Source: a virus. Taken from it: a DNA stretch of 64,000 nucleotides. A program made the translations under genes and the position numbers. Positions within the stretch are counted from its first letter, which is position 1. Every line of letters begins with the position of its first letter. Below, piece after piece: positions 19,495 through 27,371 of this stretch. Where the stretch lies: positions 128,261 to 192,260 of the IMG/VR virus record IMGVR_UViG_3300017963_000003. One strand, written 5' to 3'. The notes below the pieces were generated by a model that saw nothing but the letters and a program-made list of their open reading frames with translations, did no database searches and was not told the origin of the DNA.

Positions 19495-19815
19495 CTAGTC
19501 GCCGTCCTCTATCGCCGCGAGCAGATCCGACCCGCAACTCGGACAACGAAACTCCCCCGGCCGCTCCCCCAGACGTTCGTCGTCAGTTCCGGTCTCGAAA
19601 CACTCCCCGCACTCCCAGGTATCCTTGTCGAAGAACTCGGTACCATCCCACGAAGGATCGTCCTCGGGATTTGCGATCTCCTCGGTCCTCGCCACCGAGC
19701 AGTACGCCGCACCCTCTTCAGCCTCCCGCGCCAACGCGGAGATCTCGAAAAGGTTGGGATCGGTCACCTCGGGGTCCGTCCAGATCACGATGGTTGTTTT
19801 CTGTAGCTTCCGCAT
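19495..19815 (-). CDS. Hypothetical protein with C-terminal Zn ribbon
   Basis: CGEC...CPSC; TAG fused to the repeat. Confidence 0.7.
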   Translation of the reverse strand: MRKLQKTTIVIWTDPEVTDPNLFEISALAREAEEGAAYCSVARTEEIANPEDDPSWDGTEFFDKDTWECGECFETGTDDERLGERPGEFRCPSCGSDLLAAIEDGD

Positions 19816-19818
19816 GAC

Positions 19819-20223
19819 CTACCTCTCCGCGTAGACGACCCGGTCCAGGCCCATGCTGTCCTCGGAGATCCGGGCAGTTGTGTTGAGCCGAGCCTCTCCG
19901 CGCTCCTCGATAACAGCGGGGCAGCGGCGACCGTACATGCCGCGCCCCGAATACATGTAATCGACCTTGAAGAACTGCTCCTCGGCGTCGTCGACGAACT
20001 GTTGCTGGTTCTTGGACAGTTCGTACCGGGGGCTCGGCTCCATCTGGCCCGCGTCCCGGATCACGTCTTCGAACGTGGTTCCGTCGAAGTCGTTCACGAG
20101 CGAGGAACCTTGCACAACGAGACCAGGACCGCTCGGCCCCGCGTCATCTGCCGCATAGAGTAGATCGACGAGGAAATCGGCAAGAAGCTCCTTGGCCTTA
20201 TCTGGACTGAGACGTTCTCTCAT
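19819..20223 (-). CDS. Hypothetical protein (YSGRGMYG motif)
   Basis: ATG after the repeat. Confidence 0.7.
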   Translation of the reverse strand: MRERLSPDKAKELLADFLVDLLYAADDAGPSGPGLVVQGSSLVNDFDGTTFEDVIRDAGQMEPSPRYELSKNQQQFVDDAEEQFFKVDYMYSGRGMYGRRCPAVIEERGEARLNTTARISEDSMGLDRVVYAER

Positions 20224-20317
20224 AGCTACCCTCCGTGGTTGAGACCGGTTGTCATCGCCAGCCTGATAGCCTACCGTACCATACCCGGAGCCGGGTGTCA
20301 AGCAAAAAAGGACACCC

Positions 20318-20527
20318 CTACCCTTCGTCCTCGGAGAGGGTCAACCCGTCCATGACCCCCAGGGTCTCAATGCACTCGAACGCCGACCGAGACATACTGT
20401 CCTCGATGTATTTCCGATTCTTCGACAACCACTCCTCTGCCTCTTCCCGGGACAGGTCGAAGAGCTGCTGAACGTCCTCTGCCGCGAAAGTAGAGGAAGC
20501 GATTACTTTATCCGAATGGTCACCCAC
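20318..20527 (-). CDS. Small acidic hypothetical protein
   Basis: GTG start with GGAGGG RBS. Confidence 0.6.
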   Translation of the reverse strand: MGDHSDKVIASSTFAAEDVQQLFDLSREEAEEWLSKNRKYIEDSMSRSAFECIETLGVMDGLTLSEDEG

Positions 20528-20564
20528 GTTACCCTCCATGCTGCCGACACCAACACAACACCCG

Positions 20565-20999
20565 CTACAGAGTATCGAAGTCTATCTCCTCCCCGAACTT
20601 GACGACCGTGATCGGCTCACCTTCGCTACGTCGGATCTCGATTCCCTCGCGAGTCACGACGTACAGATACTCAATGTCTCCGTGAAGTTCCGTACACAAA
20701 CCGTGCCCCAAAAACTTGCCACGATTGATGTGCGCCTGGAGATCCTCTTCCGATTTGGTTGACCAGTAGGAACCCGGCTCCCGGTACGTCTCCTCGTTGT
20801 GCGCCTGATAGTCCGCAATGAGCTTCGCGCAGAGGTGGGCGATCATGTACTCCTCGTCCCATCCGCGCCACTTCAAAAACTCTTCGCAGATCGGCTTGAG
20901 CGCCGCTACGACCCCGTTCTTGGTGCCGGGGTAGCCATCGCTGTGACGGTAGAGGTAGACGGGGTTCCCTTCGACCTGGATCTGACATCTGGTGCTCAT
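20565..20999 (-). CDS. Conserved phage hypothetical protein (MSTRCQI...YRHSDGYP)
   Basis: ATG after the repeat; recurrent phage motif. Confidence 0.8.
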   Translation of the reverse strand: MSTRCQIQVEGNPVYLYRHSDGYPGTKNGVVAALKPICEEFLKWRGWDEEYMIAHLCAKLIADYQAHNEETYREPGSYWSTKSEEDLQAHINRGKFLGHGLCTELHGDIEYLYVVTREGIEIRRSEGEPITVVKFGEEIDFDTL

Positions 21000-21092
21000 G
21001 TTGCCCTCCGTGTTGTGAGCCAGCGGTCATCGCCAGCCTGTGAAGCCCATCCTACCACAGCCGAGAGCAGGTGTCAAGCAGAAAATGACACC

Positions 21093-21530
21093 CTACCGGC
21101 TCGTTCTCTTCTCGTCCTCTTCCTCCAGGATCTCTTCGATTTCGTCCATGACGCACGCAGAGCATTTGTCTCCGGAGCGGATAATGACCCGCGCCCCGCA
21201 AACCAAGCACTGATCCAGATCCTCTTCACAGGTATCGAACGGATCACCCGCTGCATCCAGGATCTCCCCGTCGCGTTCGATCTGAGCCACACGATCCTTG
21301 AGAGCCTTGAGCAGCTCCGAGGCTGTCACCTTCTCCGACGGGTTCAACGTGTACAGCTCGAAACCTATGGTGTACCCGTGGTTGTAGTAGGTGTAACGCT
21401 TTTCGTCCAGGTGAGAGTGGATTTCCGCCCCGCAGATGGGGCAATCTGCCGCTTCACCCTCCGGTACCATGATGGTGTCCTCGTTGCCGCACTCGTCGCA
21501 CGTACACTCGATGAGTCTCTTCTCAGCCAT
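21093..21530 (-). CDS. Zn-finger hypothetical protein
   Basis: ATG after the repeat; multiple CxxC. Confidence 0.75.
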   Translation of the reverse strand: MAEKRLIECTCDECGNEDTIMVPEGEAADCPICGAEIHSHLDEKRYTYYNHGYTIGFELYTLNPSEKVTASELLKALKDRVAQIERDGEILDAAGDPFDTCEEDLDQCLVCGARVIIRSGDKCSACVMDEIEEILEEEDEKRTSR

Positions 21531-21624
21531 GACGCCCTCCGTTGTTGAGACCAGCGAGTCACCGCCAGCCTGATAACCCTAAGCTACCACATCCGGAGCC
21601 GGAAGTCAAGCAAAAAATGACACC

Positions 21625-22227
21625 CTAGACGGGGCAGTCCTGAACAACGTCCTCGGCCTGCTCACGACGGTCTTCGATCCACTGGTCTACCCCCTCGGAG
21701 CGGGCCTCTTCGATCTGGTCTTCCTCACTCATCCCGGCATCGCGCTCTCGGGGATCGATCTCCACGTCGCTCTCGTCGAAATCATCCGCAAACGATCCCG
21801 CCAACTCAGACGCCGCGCTCTCGATCTCCGAGGCCCAGCTGTCCAGCTCGTTTGCCTTCTCCTCGCACTCATCGGCAGTAGGGGAGTCGGAGAAGGTGTC
21901 CCGAATGTTGTCGCATGACTCCTGGTACTCCTCGGAGACCTCGCGAACAGTCTCCGCGAACCGGTTGAGTATCTCCTGGAGGTCCGCCGCGTCCTCGTCG
22001 CACCACTTGCCGATCTCTTCGAGCGCGTCTTCCTGGGCGTCGTAGACGATCCCCATCTTCGACGACGTCATCTCGCTCGGACGGAACTGACAGAACTCGC
22101 AGCGAACCTTCTTGCCTCCGTACCGGGGCTTGATCCACTTGTAGGGATCACCGACCTTGATCTCCTTGTCGCAGCGACCACACCGTCCCTGATCCTTGCG
22201 TGCCTTCTGGACGTGGTTGATCCTCAT
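21625..22227 (-). CDS. Acidic hypothetical protein with N-terminal Zn finger
   Basis: ORF track; GGAGGAG RBS. Confidence 0.75.
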   Translation of the reverse strand: MRINHVQKARKDQGRCGRCDKEIKVGDPYKWIKPRYGGKKVRCEFCQFRPSEMTSSKMGIVYDAQEDALEEIGKWCDEDAADLQEILNRFAETVREVSEEYQESCDNIRDTFSDSPTADECEEKANELDSWASEIESAASELAGSFADDFDESDVEIDPRERDAGMSEEDQIEEARSEGVDQWIEDRREQAEDVVQDCPV

Positions 22228-22279
22228 AGCTCCTCCCTTACAGAATCTCCCGATCCCCTCGAACCAAATGGCCGATTGT

Positions 22280-22420
22280 CTACTTGAGACGGGCCAGCTT
22301 CTTCTCGATCAGCTTGAGGCGCAGCCGTTCGAGACGCTTGGACAGGGCGGCGCGCTCTACCCCATCGCGGGTGGTAGCGATCTTCTCCTCCAGCACCTTG
22401 ATTCTCTTGTTCAGCTTCAT
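22280..22420 (-). CDS. 46-aa basic coiled-coil peptide
   Basis: Hand-translated MKLNKRIKVLEEKIATTRDGVERAALSKRLERLRLKLIEKKLARLK after GGAGGGCAAC. Confidence 0.65.
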   Translation of the reverse strand: MKLNKRIKVLEEKIATTRDGVERAALSKRLERLRLKLIEKKLARLK

Positions 22421-22511
22421 GTTGCCCTCCTTGTTGCCGCTCGGCGTCACCCGAGCCTGATAAGCCTAATCTATCACACCCGGAGCCGGGTGTCAAGCAA
22501 AAAATGACACC

Positions 22512-22703
22512 CTAGTCAGTATCGGAATCTCGGGCCTGTTGGAGGGAGCGGCAGCTCGCACAGATGCAGTCAGGGGATTCGTAAATGTCCATCTCGGGGT
22601 TGGGGGACTCCAGCTCGACTGTTCGACCGCAAGAGGTGCACAGGAAGACAATGCGTTTATCCACCACAGGGATTCTGTACTTCGTGAACGTGAACTCAGG
22701 CAT
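22512..22703 (-). CDS. Small Zn-finger protein
   Basis: CTSC...CICASC; TAG fused to the repeat. Confidence 0.6.
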   Translation of the reverse strand: MPEFTFTKYRIPVVDKRIVFLCTSCGRTVELESPNPEMDIYESPDCICASCRSLQQARDSDTD

Positions 22704-22762
22704 GTTGCACCTTGGGCCTCATCGTAACAAAGGATGGATCGGTGGTCTAAAAATCTACCTTG

Positions 22763-23533
22763 CTACTTCACGGCAGCCCCCAGACCCGCGTGCATGGCGA
22801 TGAAACGGGATAGGTACTCTCCGGCCAGGTGATGACCATCCCCGGTGTGGTACTGCGGTTGCTTGACCGTACGCTCCTCGACCTCGACCTCCCGCTTCGC
22901 CAGCCAGGAATCCGCAACGTGATCCTCGTTGATCGCCAGAGCAGTTGACTCGTGGTTCTCCTGCTGCGGTGCGTTCTCGCGCTCCTCTTTCCACCGACGA
23001 GCGAGTCCGGTCACGATCCCAAAACACATCTCGGACTTGGCCGTCTCCGTGTAGGACTCGAACGTCGGCCACGCCTTCGCCTGGAGCGGATGCTTCTCCC
23101 AGAGTTCACGACGCACCGTGTAGGAATCGGCGGCGCGCTGGATCTCGTTGAGGCACGATTCGAACCCATGCGCGGCGATCTCCGAGACGGTCTTGATCCC
23201 GTAGTAGGTCAGCTGACCGTCCTGATGCGGTGTGGCCTCGACGTAGTGGACTCGCGTGGAGAAGTAGTCAGCCACGCTGATCGCCAGGGACAAGACCCAC
23301 TTGTCCGGCACCTTGAGCGCCAGGGTCACGACGGTCTCCCCACCGGGACCGTCCTCGACGAACACCCCCTCAAGCTCGTGCTGCTCGATCCCGTACTGGA
23401 GCATGAGCTTCTTGGCGGTCTCCATGGCGGCATCGGCCTCGTGGTCAACCCCGTCCGCATCGGGGATCGGATGCTGCGCCCGGTTGACGAGTCCCCGAAT
23501 CTTCGAGATGATCCTGTCGCGCTTAGCAGGCAT
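22763..23533 (-). CDS. DUF2786-domain protein
   Basis: RDRIISKIRGLVNRA...EADAAMETAKKLMLQYGI. Confidence 0.75.
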   Translation of the reverse strand: MPAKRDRIISKIRGLVNRAQHPIPDADGVDHEADAAMETAKKLMLQYGIEQHELEGVFVEDGPGGETVVTLALKVPDKWVLSLAISVADYFSTRVHYVEATPHQDGQLTYYGIKTVSEIAAHGFESCLNEIQRAADSYTVRRELWEKHPLQAKAWPTFESYTETAKSEMCFGIVTGLARRWKEERENAPQQENHESTALAINEDHVADSWLAKREVEVEERTVKQPQYHTGDGHHLAGEYLSRFIAMHAGLGAAVK

Positions 23534-23705
23534 CGGTTCCCTCCTCGACCGCACTCAGCCGAGATTCTAAAAAGCATACCCGCTCCTCCAGCTCATCGAG
23601 ACGATCCAAAAGTGCACCATAAGGAGAACAATCCCGGCATAGTCCTTCCCCGTCCAAGTCTTCGTAGTAGACCCTGCACCGGCACTTGCTGCAACGATCA
23701 CTCAT
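23523..23705 (-). CDS. Small hypothetical protein
   Basis: ORF track. Confidence 0.5.
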   Translation of the reverse strand: MSDRCSKCRCRVYYEDLDGEGLCRDCSPYGALLDRLDELEERVCFLESRLSAVEEGTDAC

Positions 23706-23898
23706 CGTGATCCCCTACGTACCGGACGAACGTGACTGCTGCACAGCCATCCCGGTGACAGCGCACATTCACCGCATCCCCTCGACGCGCACACCAACCG
23801 TCCACCTCGAAGGGCTTGACCATCTCCTCAACCACCGCCTCGCGCTCCTCTTTCTTGTATCGAATTCGCGCTTGATAGGTTCCGATTTGTACCCGGAG

Positions 23899-24840
23899 CT
23901 ACTCATCGTCATCCTCCTCGCTCTCGACCATACCCTGGCGGTCCATGTACTCTGCCAGCTCAACATAGTTCTCCGCGAAAGCGCGCATCTCGGCCCGCAT
24001 GCGCGCCTCTTCCTCCACCAACTCTGCCCACTTGCCCAGATCGAGGAAGGACTCTACCGTGGTCGTGACCATCCGGTCCAGTTCCTTCGGTTCGACCGCG
24101 TCCAGCTCCCAGGACGAGTAGCCGTGCTGGGCAATGTAGTCCTTGGCCCGGGAGTCGGTGAGCTTCGCCGGATTCTCCGGAGGCTGAAGCTCCTCGATCT
24201 GCTCCCAGAGAAGAGCAAGACGTTGGAACTCCACGGGGCCACCTGAGAACAGGCTCAGCCGCTCCTCGACGTCCCTGTCCATGTCCAAGCCCGAGGGGTC
24301 GTGGTCCCCCAGATAGAGCACCACAATGCGCTTCCTACGAAACCTGCGAAGCTTCTTCAGATCCTCACCGATGCGCCACATCGTCGACTGAGAGGAGTAG
24401 CCTTTGTTGGCGATGAAGTTGACGTCCAGGCGCTTACAGACCGGCTCCAGCACACCCTCCAAGGCCTGCTTCTCCACTGCCACCATGACGTGGCACGGCT
24501 GCGTCTCCCACTTGTCGATACGGAACGAATTCGAAGCCGCCTGGATAATGTCGGCCGGGTCGCTCCAGTGGGGAGGCTCGACGAGCTTACGACCTCGGTC
24601 GACGATCTGCCCCCAATCCAGCAGACCCGCCATGCGACCGTCGTTGACGAGCGTACCGAGGTTCTTGTACTCACGCTGGTTGTTGGGAATAATGTCCCGG
24701 CTGACGAGCTGGTAGTAGAGCTGTCTCAGTGACAGATCGTATCCTTGCTCGGCGTAGCTGTTCATGATGCTGTTGATCATGCCGAGCAGCTCCAGCTTAT
24801 CGTCGCGGAAGTTCTTCTCGATGTATGCGATCTTCGGCAC
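23899..24840 (-). CDS. Stand-alone TOPRIM protein, topoisomerase VI subunit A/Spo11-like
   Basis: LSLRQLYYQL (WH), VEKQAL, NKGYSS, YLGDHDPSG, WELDA; GTG start after the repeat. Confidence 0.8.
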   Translation of the reverse strand: MPKIAYIEKNFRDDKLELLGMINSIMNSYAEQGYDLSLRQLYYQLVSRDIIPNNQREYKNLGTLVNDGRMAGLLDWGQIVDRGRKLVEPPHWSDPADIIQAASNSFRIDKWETQPCHVMVAVEKQALEGVLEPVCKRLDVNFIANKGYSSQSTMWRIGEDLKKLRRFRRKRIVVLYLGDHDPSGLDMDRDVEERLSLFSGGPVEFQRLALLWEQIEELQPPENPAKLTDSRAKDYIAQHGYSSWELDAVEPKELDRMVTTTVESFLDLGKWAELVEEEARMRAEMRAFAENYVELAEYMDRQGMVESEEDDDE

Positions 24841-24957
24841 GTTGCCCTCCGTATGGGTGCTGGTGTCATCCAGCTTACAGACCCACCTTACCATATCAGC
24901 AGGTGGCTGTCAATATACCGGAGGTTCTTTTTTCGCGGAAAGTTTGTTCAGGTGGGA

Positions 24958-26625
24958 TTACTGCTGCGGACGCTGCGACCGGGGGACCGATCCGCTCATC
25001 TCCCCAGCGAACCGGAGGATGGCATCCGACCACCCGCCGAGGATGAACGTGCGGTCGTAGAACTCGGGCACGATGGTGTCCTGGTAACCAGCAATCTGCA
25101 CCAGGTAGACCATGACGTTCGGGTTCACCTTGTTCCGGTACTCGATGATGAGCTTCGGAACATCGATGTGATTCCCGCTGCCCGGCCACACGTACCGCAT
25201 GTAGTCGGCCGAGTTGACCCCGTACAGACCACCGTGACCGGCCTGCATGTCCGAGTACACGAACACGTGGTCCCAATGCTCGCCGTTCTTGATCGCCTGG
25301 TCCCAGAACAACCAGATACCGTTCTCGGTGCCAGCGCCGATACGCTGACCCTTCCGGTTGAGTTGCTCAGTCTGCTCGAACACCGAGGCCTTCTTACGAA
25401 TCGGCATCGTCACCAGACGGTCACCGAACACTCCGGCATACCCTTCCTCGGAAGCCATCCCAGTGATGACACCGGTCAGGTTACCGATCTCGGCCACGTG
25501 CATCGTCCCCGACGAGGAGGTCATCGAACCCCAGGCAGAGCCGCTGTTGTCGCACAGAGACATGCACCGACCCTTGAAGACCGGAACGTTCTCCAAGATC
25601 GCCACCTCCAGACACTCCTCGACGGCGTCCAGGAGCAACGGAGACGGGTTCTCCGCCTTCAGGGCATTGTAGGCCGCGAAGTACCGGAACGGCAGCTGAC
25701 GTCCCTCAGGGGCACCGTCGACGAGCTTGCCCACGAACTCCTTGGGGTCCACGCCGGCCTGAGTCAGGTTCCGCAGGTTCCGCAACAGCGCCATGTGGCC
25801 CATCTTCTCGATGGACTCACGCCACGCAGCCTTGGTCGACCCCTTCTCCGAGATCAACGCCTCCCAGGTATCACCGGTCACCTTCAGCTCACCCTTGGAG
25901 AGCTTCGACACCGCATCCGACGCCGGATGGCAGATGTTGACGACGTCCACGAGCTTCACCTCGCGAGACTCCATCCGGTACTTGGCCAGCTGGTACTCGC
26001 TGAACCCTTCCAGGACGAGCTTCCACGCCTTCTTGAGCGCGTTCGGAATCCGCTGTCGTCCGTACTTCTGGATCTGGTAGGCCAGTTGCACAGCCGGTTC
26101 ATCCGCTCGCACCATGACCTGCTGGGCGTACTTGCGCACCAATCCCGTACCCTTGACCGACGGGTGATGGGCCGCGCGGACCATGATCACCTGCGGGGTC
26201 GTACGGATGTTGTACGTGCGCCCCCGCAGCTCAACCGCCAGCTGGAGAGTCCCCTCGGGGTCGTGCCCCAGGGCCGCGTCGATGGCGGACTCCATCAGCT
26301 CGGCCGGCTCCATGCCCCTCCACTCCCGAGGGTCTTTGGCGTCCAAGGTCTCCCGGAGATGCTGCAACTGGCGGTTGTCGAGGCGGCACCACCTGTCCAT
26401 CGTCATCACGTTCTTGCGCCGCCTCGTCTGATCCCCGTGGTAGTACATCGGCTCACCGAAGAAGCACGAGGCCGCAGCCATCCGCAGCTGGTCGAGGGGG
26501 TTGTCCACGGAGTAGGAGCGCCCGCCCATCCAGTTCAGATGCGCGTTCTCCGCTGCGTACTCTTCGTGTTCTCGTCGTTGCCGTCGATGCTTGACCGACG
26601 CCGTCGCAGTTCGATTGATGCCCAT
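24958..26625 (-). CDS. rsr: Ro60/Rsr RNA-binding protein (TROVE + vWA)
   Basis: NWMGGRSY...FFGEPMYY, MGHMALLRNLRNL, QLPFRYFAAY, MIDAS motif DNSGS, VYSDMQ. Confidence 0.93.
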   Translation of the reverse strand: MGINRTATASVKHRRQRREHEEYAAENAHLNWMGGRSYSVDNPLDQLRMAAASCFFGEPMYYHGDQTRRRKNVMTMDRWCRLDNRQLQHLRETLDAKDPREWRGMEPAELMESAIDAALGHDPEGTLQLAVELRGRTYNIRTTPQVIMVRAAHHPSVKGTGLVRKYAQQVMVRADEPAVQLAYQIQKYGRQRIPNALKKAWKLVLEGFSEYQLAKYRMESREVKLVDVVNICHPASDAVSKLSKGELKVTGDTWEALISEKGSTKAAWRESIEKMGHMALLRNLRNLTQAGVDPKEFVGKLVDGAPEGRQLPFRYFAAYNALKAENPSPLLLDAVEECLEVAILENVPVFKGRCMSLCDNSGSAWGSMTSSSGTMHVAEIGNLTGVITGMASEEGYAGVFGDRLVTMPIRKKASVFEQTEQLNRKGQRIGAGTENGIWLFWDQAIKNGEHWDHVFVYSDMQAGHGGLYGVNSADYMRYVWPGSGNHIDVPKLIIEYRNKVNPNVMVYLVQIAGYQDTIVPEFYDRTFILGGWSDAILRFAGEMSGSVPRSQRPQQ

Positions 26626-26679
26626 TAGGATACCTCACCTCGAACGGCAGAGCGTTCACTGCTGCCGTGATAACAAAAA

Positions 26680-26748
26680 GCAGGGAGAATAACGGGACGG
26701 TGTTGGCCAGAGTGATAGTCTGAAGGAACCGTCCGATCACTACCCTGC
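26680..26748 (-). ncRNA. Y-like RNA unit 4 (no tRNA module)
   Basis: GCAGGG/CCCUGC closing stem, AGUGAUC internal loop, GGACGGU/ACCGUCC inner stem, then UUUUU. Confidence 0.6.
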
Positions 26749-26762
26749 GCTACTCGTAAAAA

Positions 26763-26904
26763 ACGCGAAGAGAATTAGCGGAAGGGTGTCTTTACCACCG
26801 ATGCTCTGTCCGCTGAGCTACTTCCCTCCAGCTAGGGAAGGCGGGATTTGAACCCACGACCCTCGGTCCCTTGAGAAGTATCCCTACCTGTCACTGCTTC
26901 GCGT
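26763..26904 (-). ncRNA. YrlA-like Y RNA unit 3 with a circularly permuted tRNA module
   Basis: ACGCGAAG/CUUCGCGU closing stem plus U-tract; order ACCGA, GGGUC, T arm (GUGGG-UUCAAAU-CCCGC), 7-bp acceptor stem closed by a loop (CUUCCCU/AGGGAAG), D arm (UAGCUCAGCGGACAGAGC), UCGGU. Confidence 0.85.
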
Positions 26905-26992
26905 ACAGTCTCATACCAGTTTGCCCTCCGTAAAAGATGCCCGGCGGGGCGTCACCCTATCGAGCTGTCAAGCAGCACCGGGCAAAAAAAAA

Positions 26993-27063
26993 TTGGGGAG
27001 CAAAAAACGCGACGGGGGTCTTTCGTCCATTGAATGAAGTACCCGCCACTGTCACTTCCCCAA
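26993..27063 (-). ncRNA. Y-like RNA unit 2 (no tRNA module)
   Basis: UUGGGGA/UCCCCAA stem, AGUGACAG motif, GGGUACU as in units 1 and 3, long U-tract. Confidence 0.6.
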
Positions 27064-27078
27064 ACTCACAAACCACCC

Positions 27079-27261
27079 GCTTGGTTCCTTGAAAAGTGCC
27101 TCACCGGAGAAAAGTCGACAGGGAAACGTTAGCGCTCTTTCCAACTGAGCTACACCCCGACTGACGTCGGGGTGACAGGACTCGAACCTGCGACCTCTCA
27201 CTTAGCAAGTGGAGTAGCCCTACCTGTCACTACCCGTGAGCCACTTTTCAAAGAACCAAGC
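27079..27261 (-). ncRNA. YrlA-like Y RNA unit 1 with a permuted tRNA module and a 29-bp closing stalk
   Basis: AGUGACAGGUAGGG; T arm GCAGG-UUCGAGU-CCUGU; acceptor CACCCCGAC/GUCGGGGUG closed by GUCA; D arm UAGCUCAGUUGGAAAGAGC. Confidence 0.85.
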
Positions 27262-27273
27262 TTCGAGGTTCCC

Positions 27274-27302
27274 ACCTTAGCAGAGGAGAATGAGGCTGTC
27301 AA
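27274..27302 (-). promoter_or_regulatory. sigma70-type promoter driving the Y-RNA/rsr operon
   Basis: TTGACA (27297-27302), 17 bp spacer, TGC-TAAGGT (27274-27279). Confidence 0.7.
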
Positions 27303-27371
27303 TAGAAAAAAGGAGGCTTCGGATAAAAGAAGGCTCACCAAAGACGTCTTTAGACGTCGTATACGTAGAGG

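Larger units (their letters stand above)
14805..24915 (-). repeat. About 11 promoter-RBS repeats, class II (~14805, 15890, 17230, 18047, 18550, 19400, 20224, 21000, 21531, 22421, 24841; each ~80-95 bp)
   Basis: Minus-strand consensus GGGTGTCATTTTTTGC-TTGAC(A/T)-17 bp-TAGCTT/TAGATT/TAAGCT-...TTATCAGGCTGGCGATGACCGCTGG...ACGGAGGGCAAC-ATG. Confidence 0.92.

Noticed and set aside
22224-22496. ORF-track 90-aa protein
   Set aside because: The RBS-linked ATG at 22420 is in a different frame and gives a 46-aa peptide.
2200-24915. CRISPR array interpretation of the recurring repeats
   Set aside because: Repeats are 80-480 bp, degenerate, contain promoters and RBSs, and are separated by whole genes rather than 30-40 bp spacers.
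14805-24915. Classical integron
   Set aside because: No IntI or other tyrosine recombinase in the window, no attC RYYYAAC/GTTRRRY boxes, and each cassette has its own promoter.
26790-27200. Two apparent tRNA genes (TTCGA/TTCAA T-loops, TAGCTCAG D-arms)
   Set aside because: Arm order is T, acceptor, D, with the acceptor closed by a loop and no anticodon loop or CCA. These are permuted Y-RNA modules, not tRNAs.
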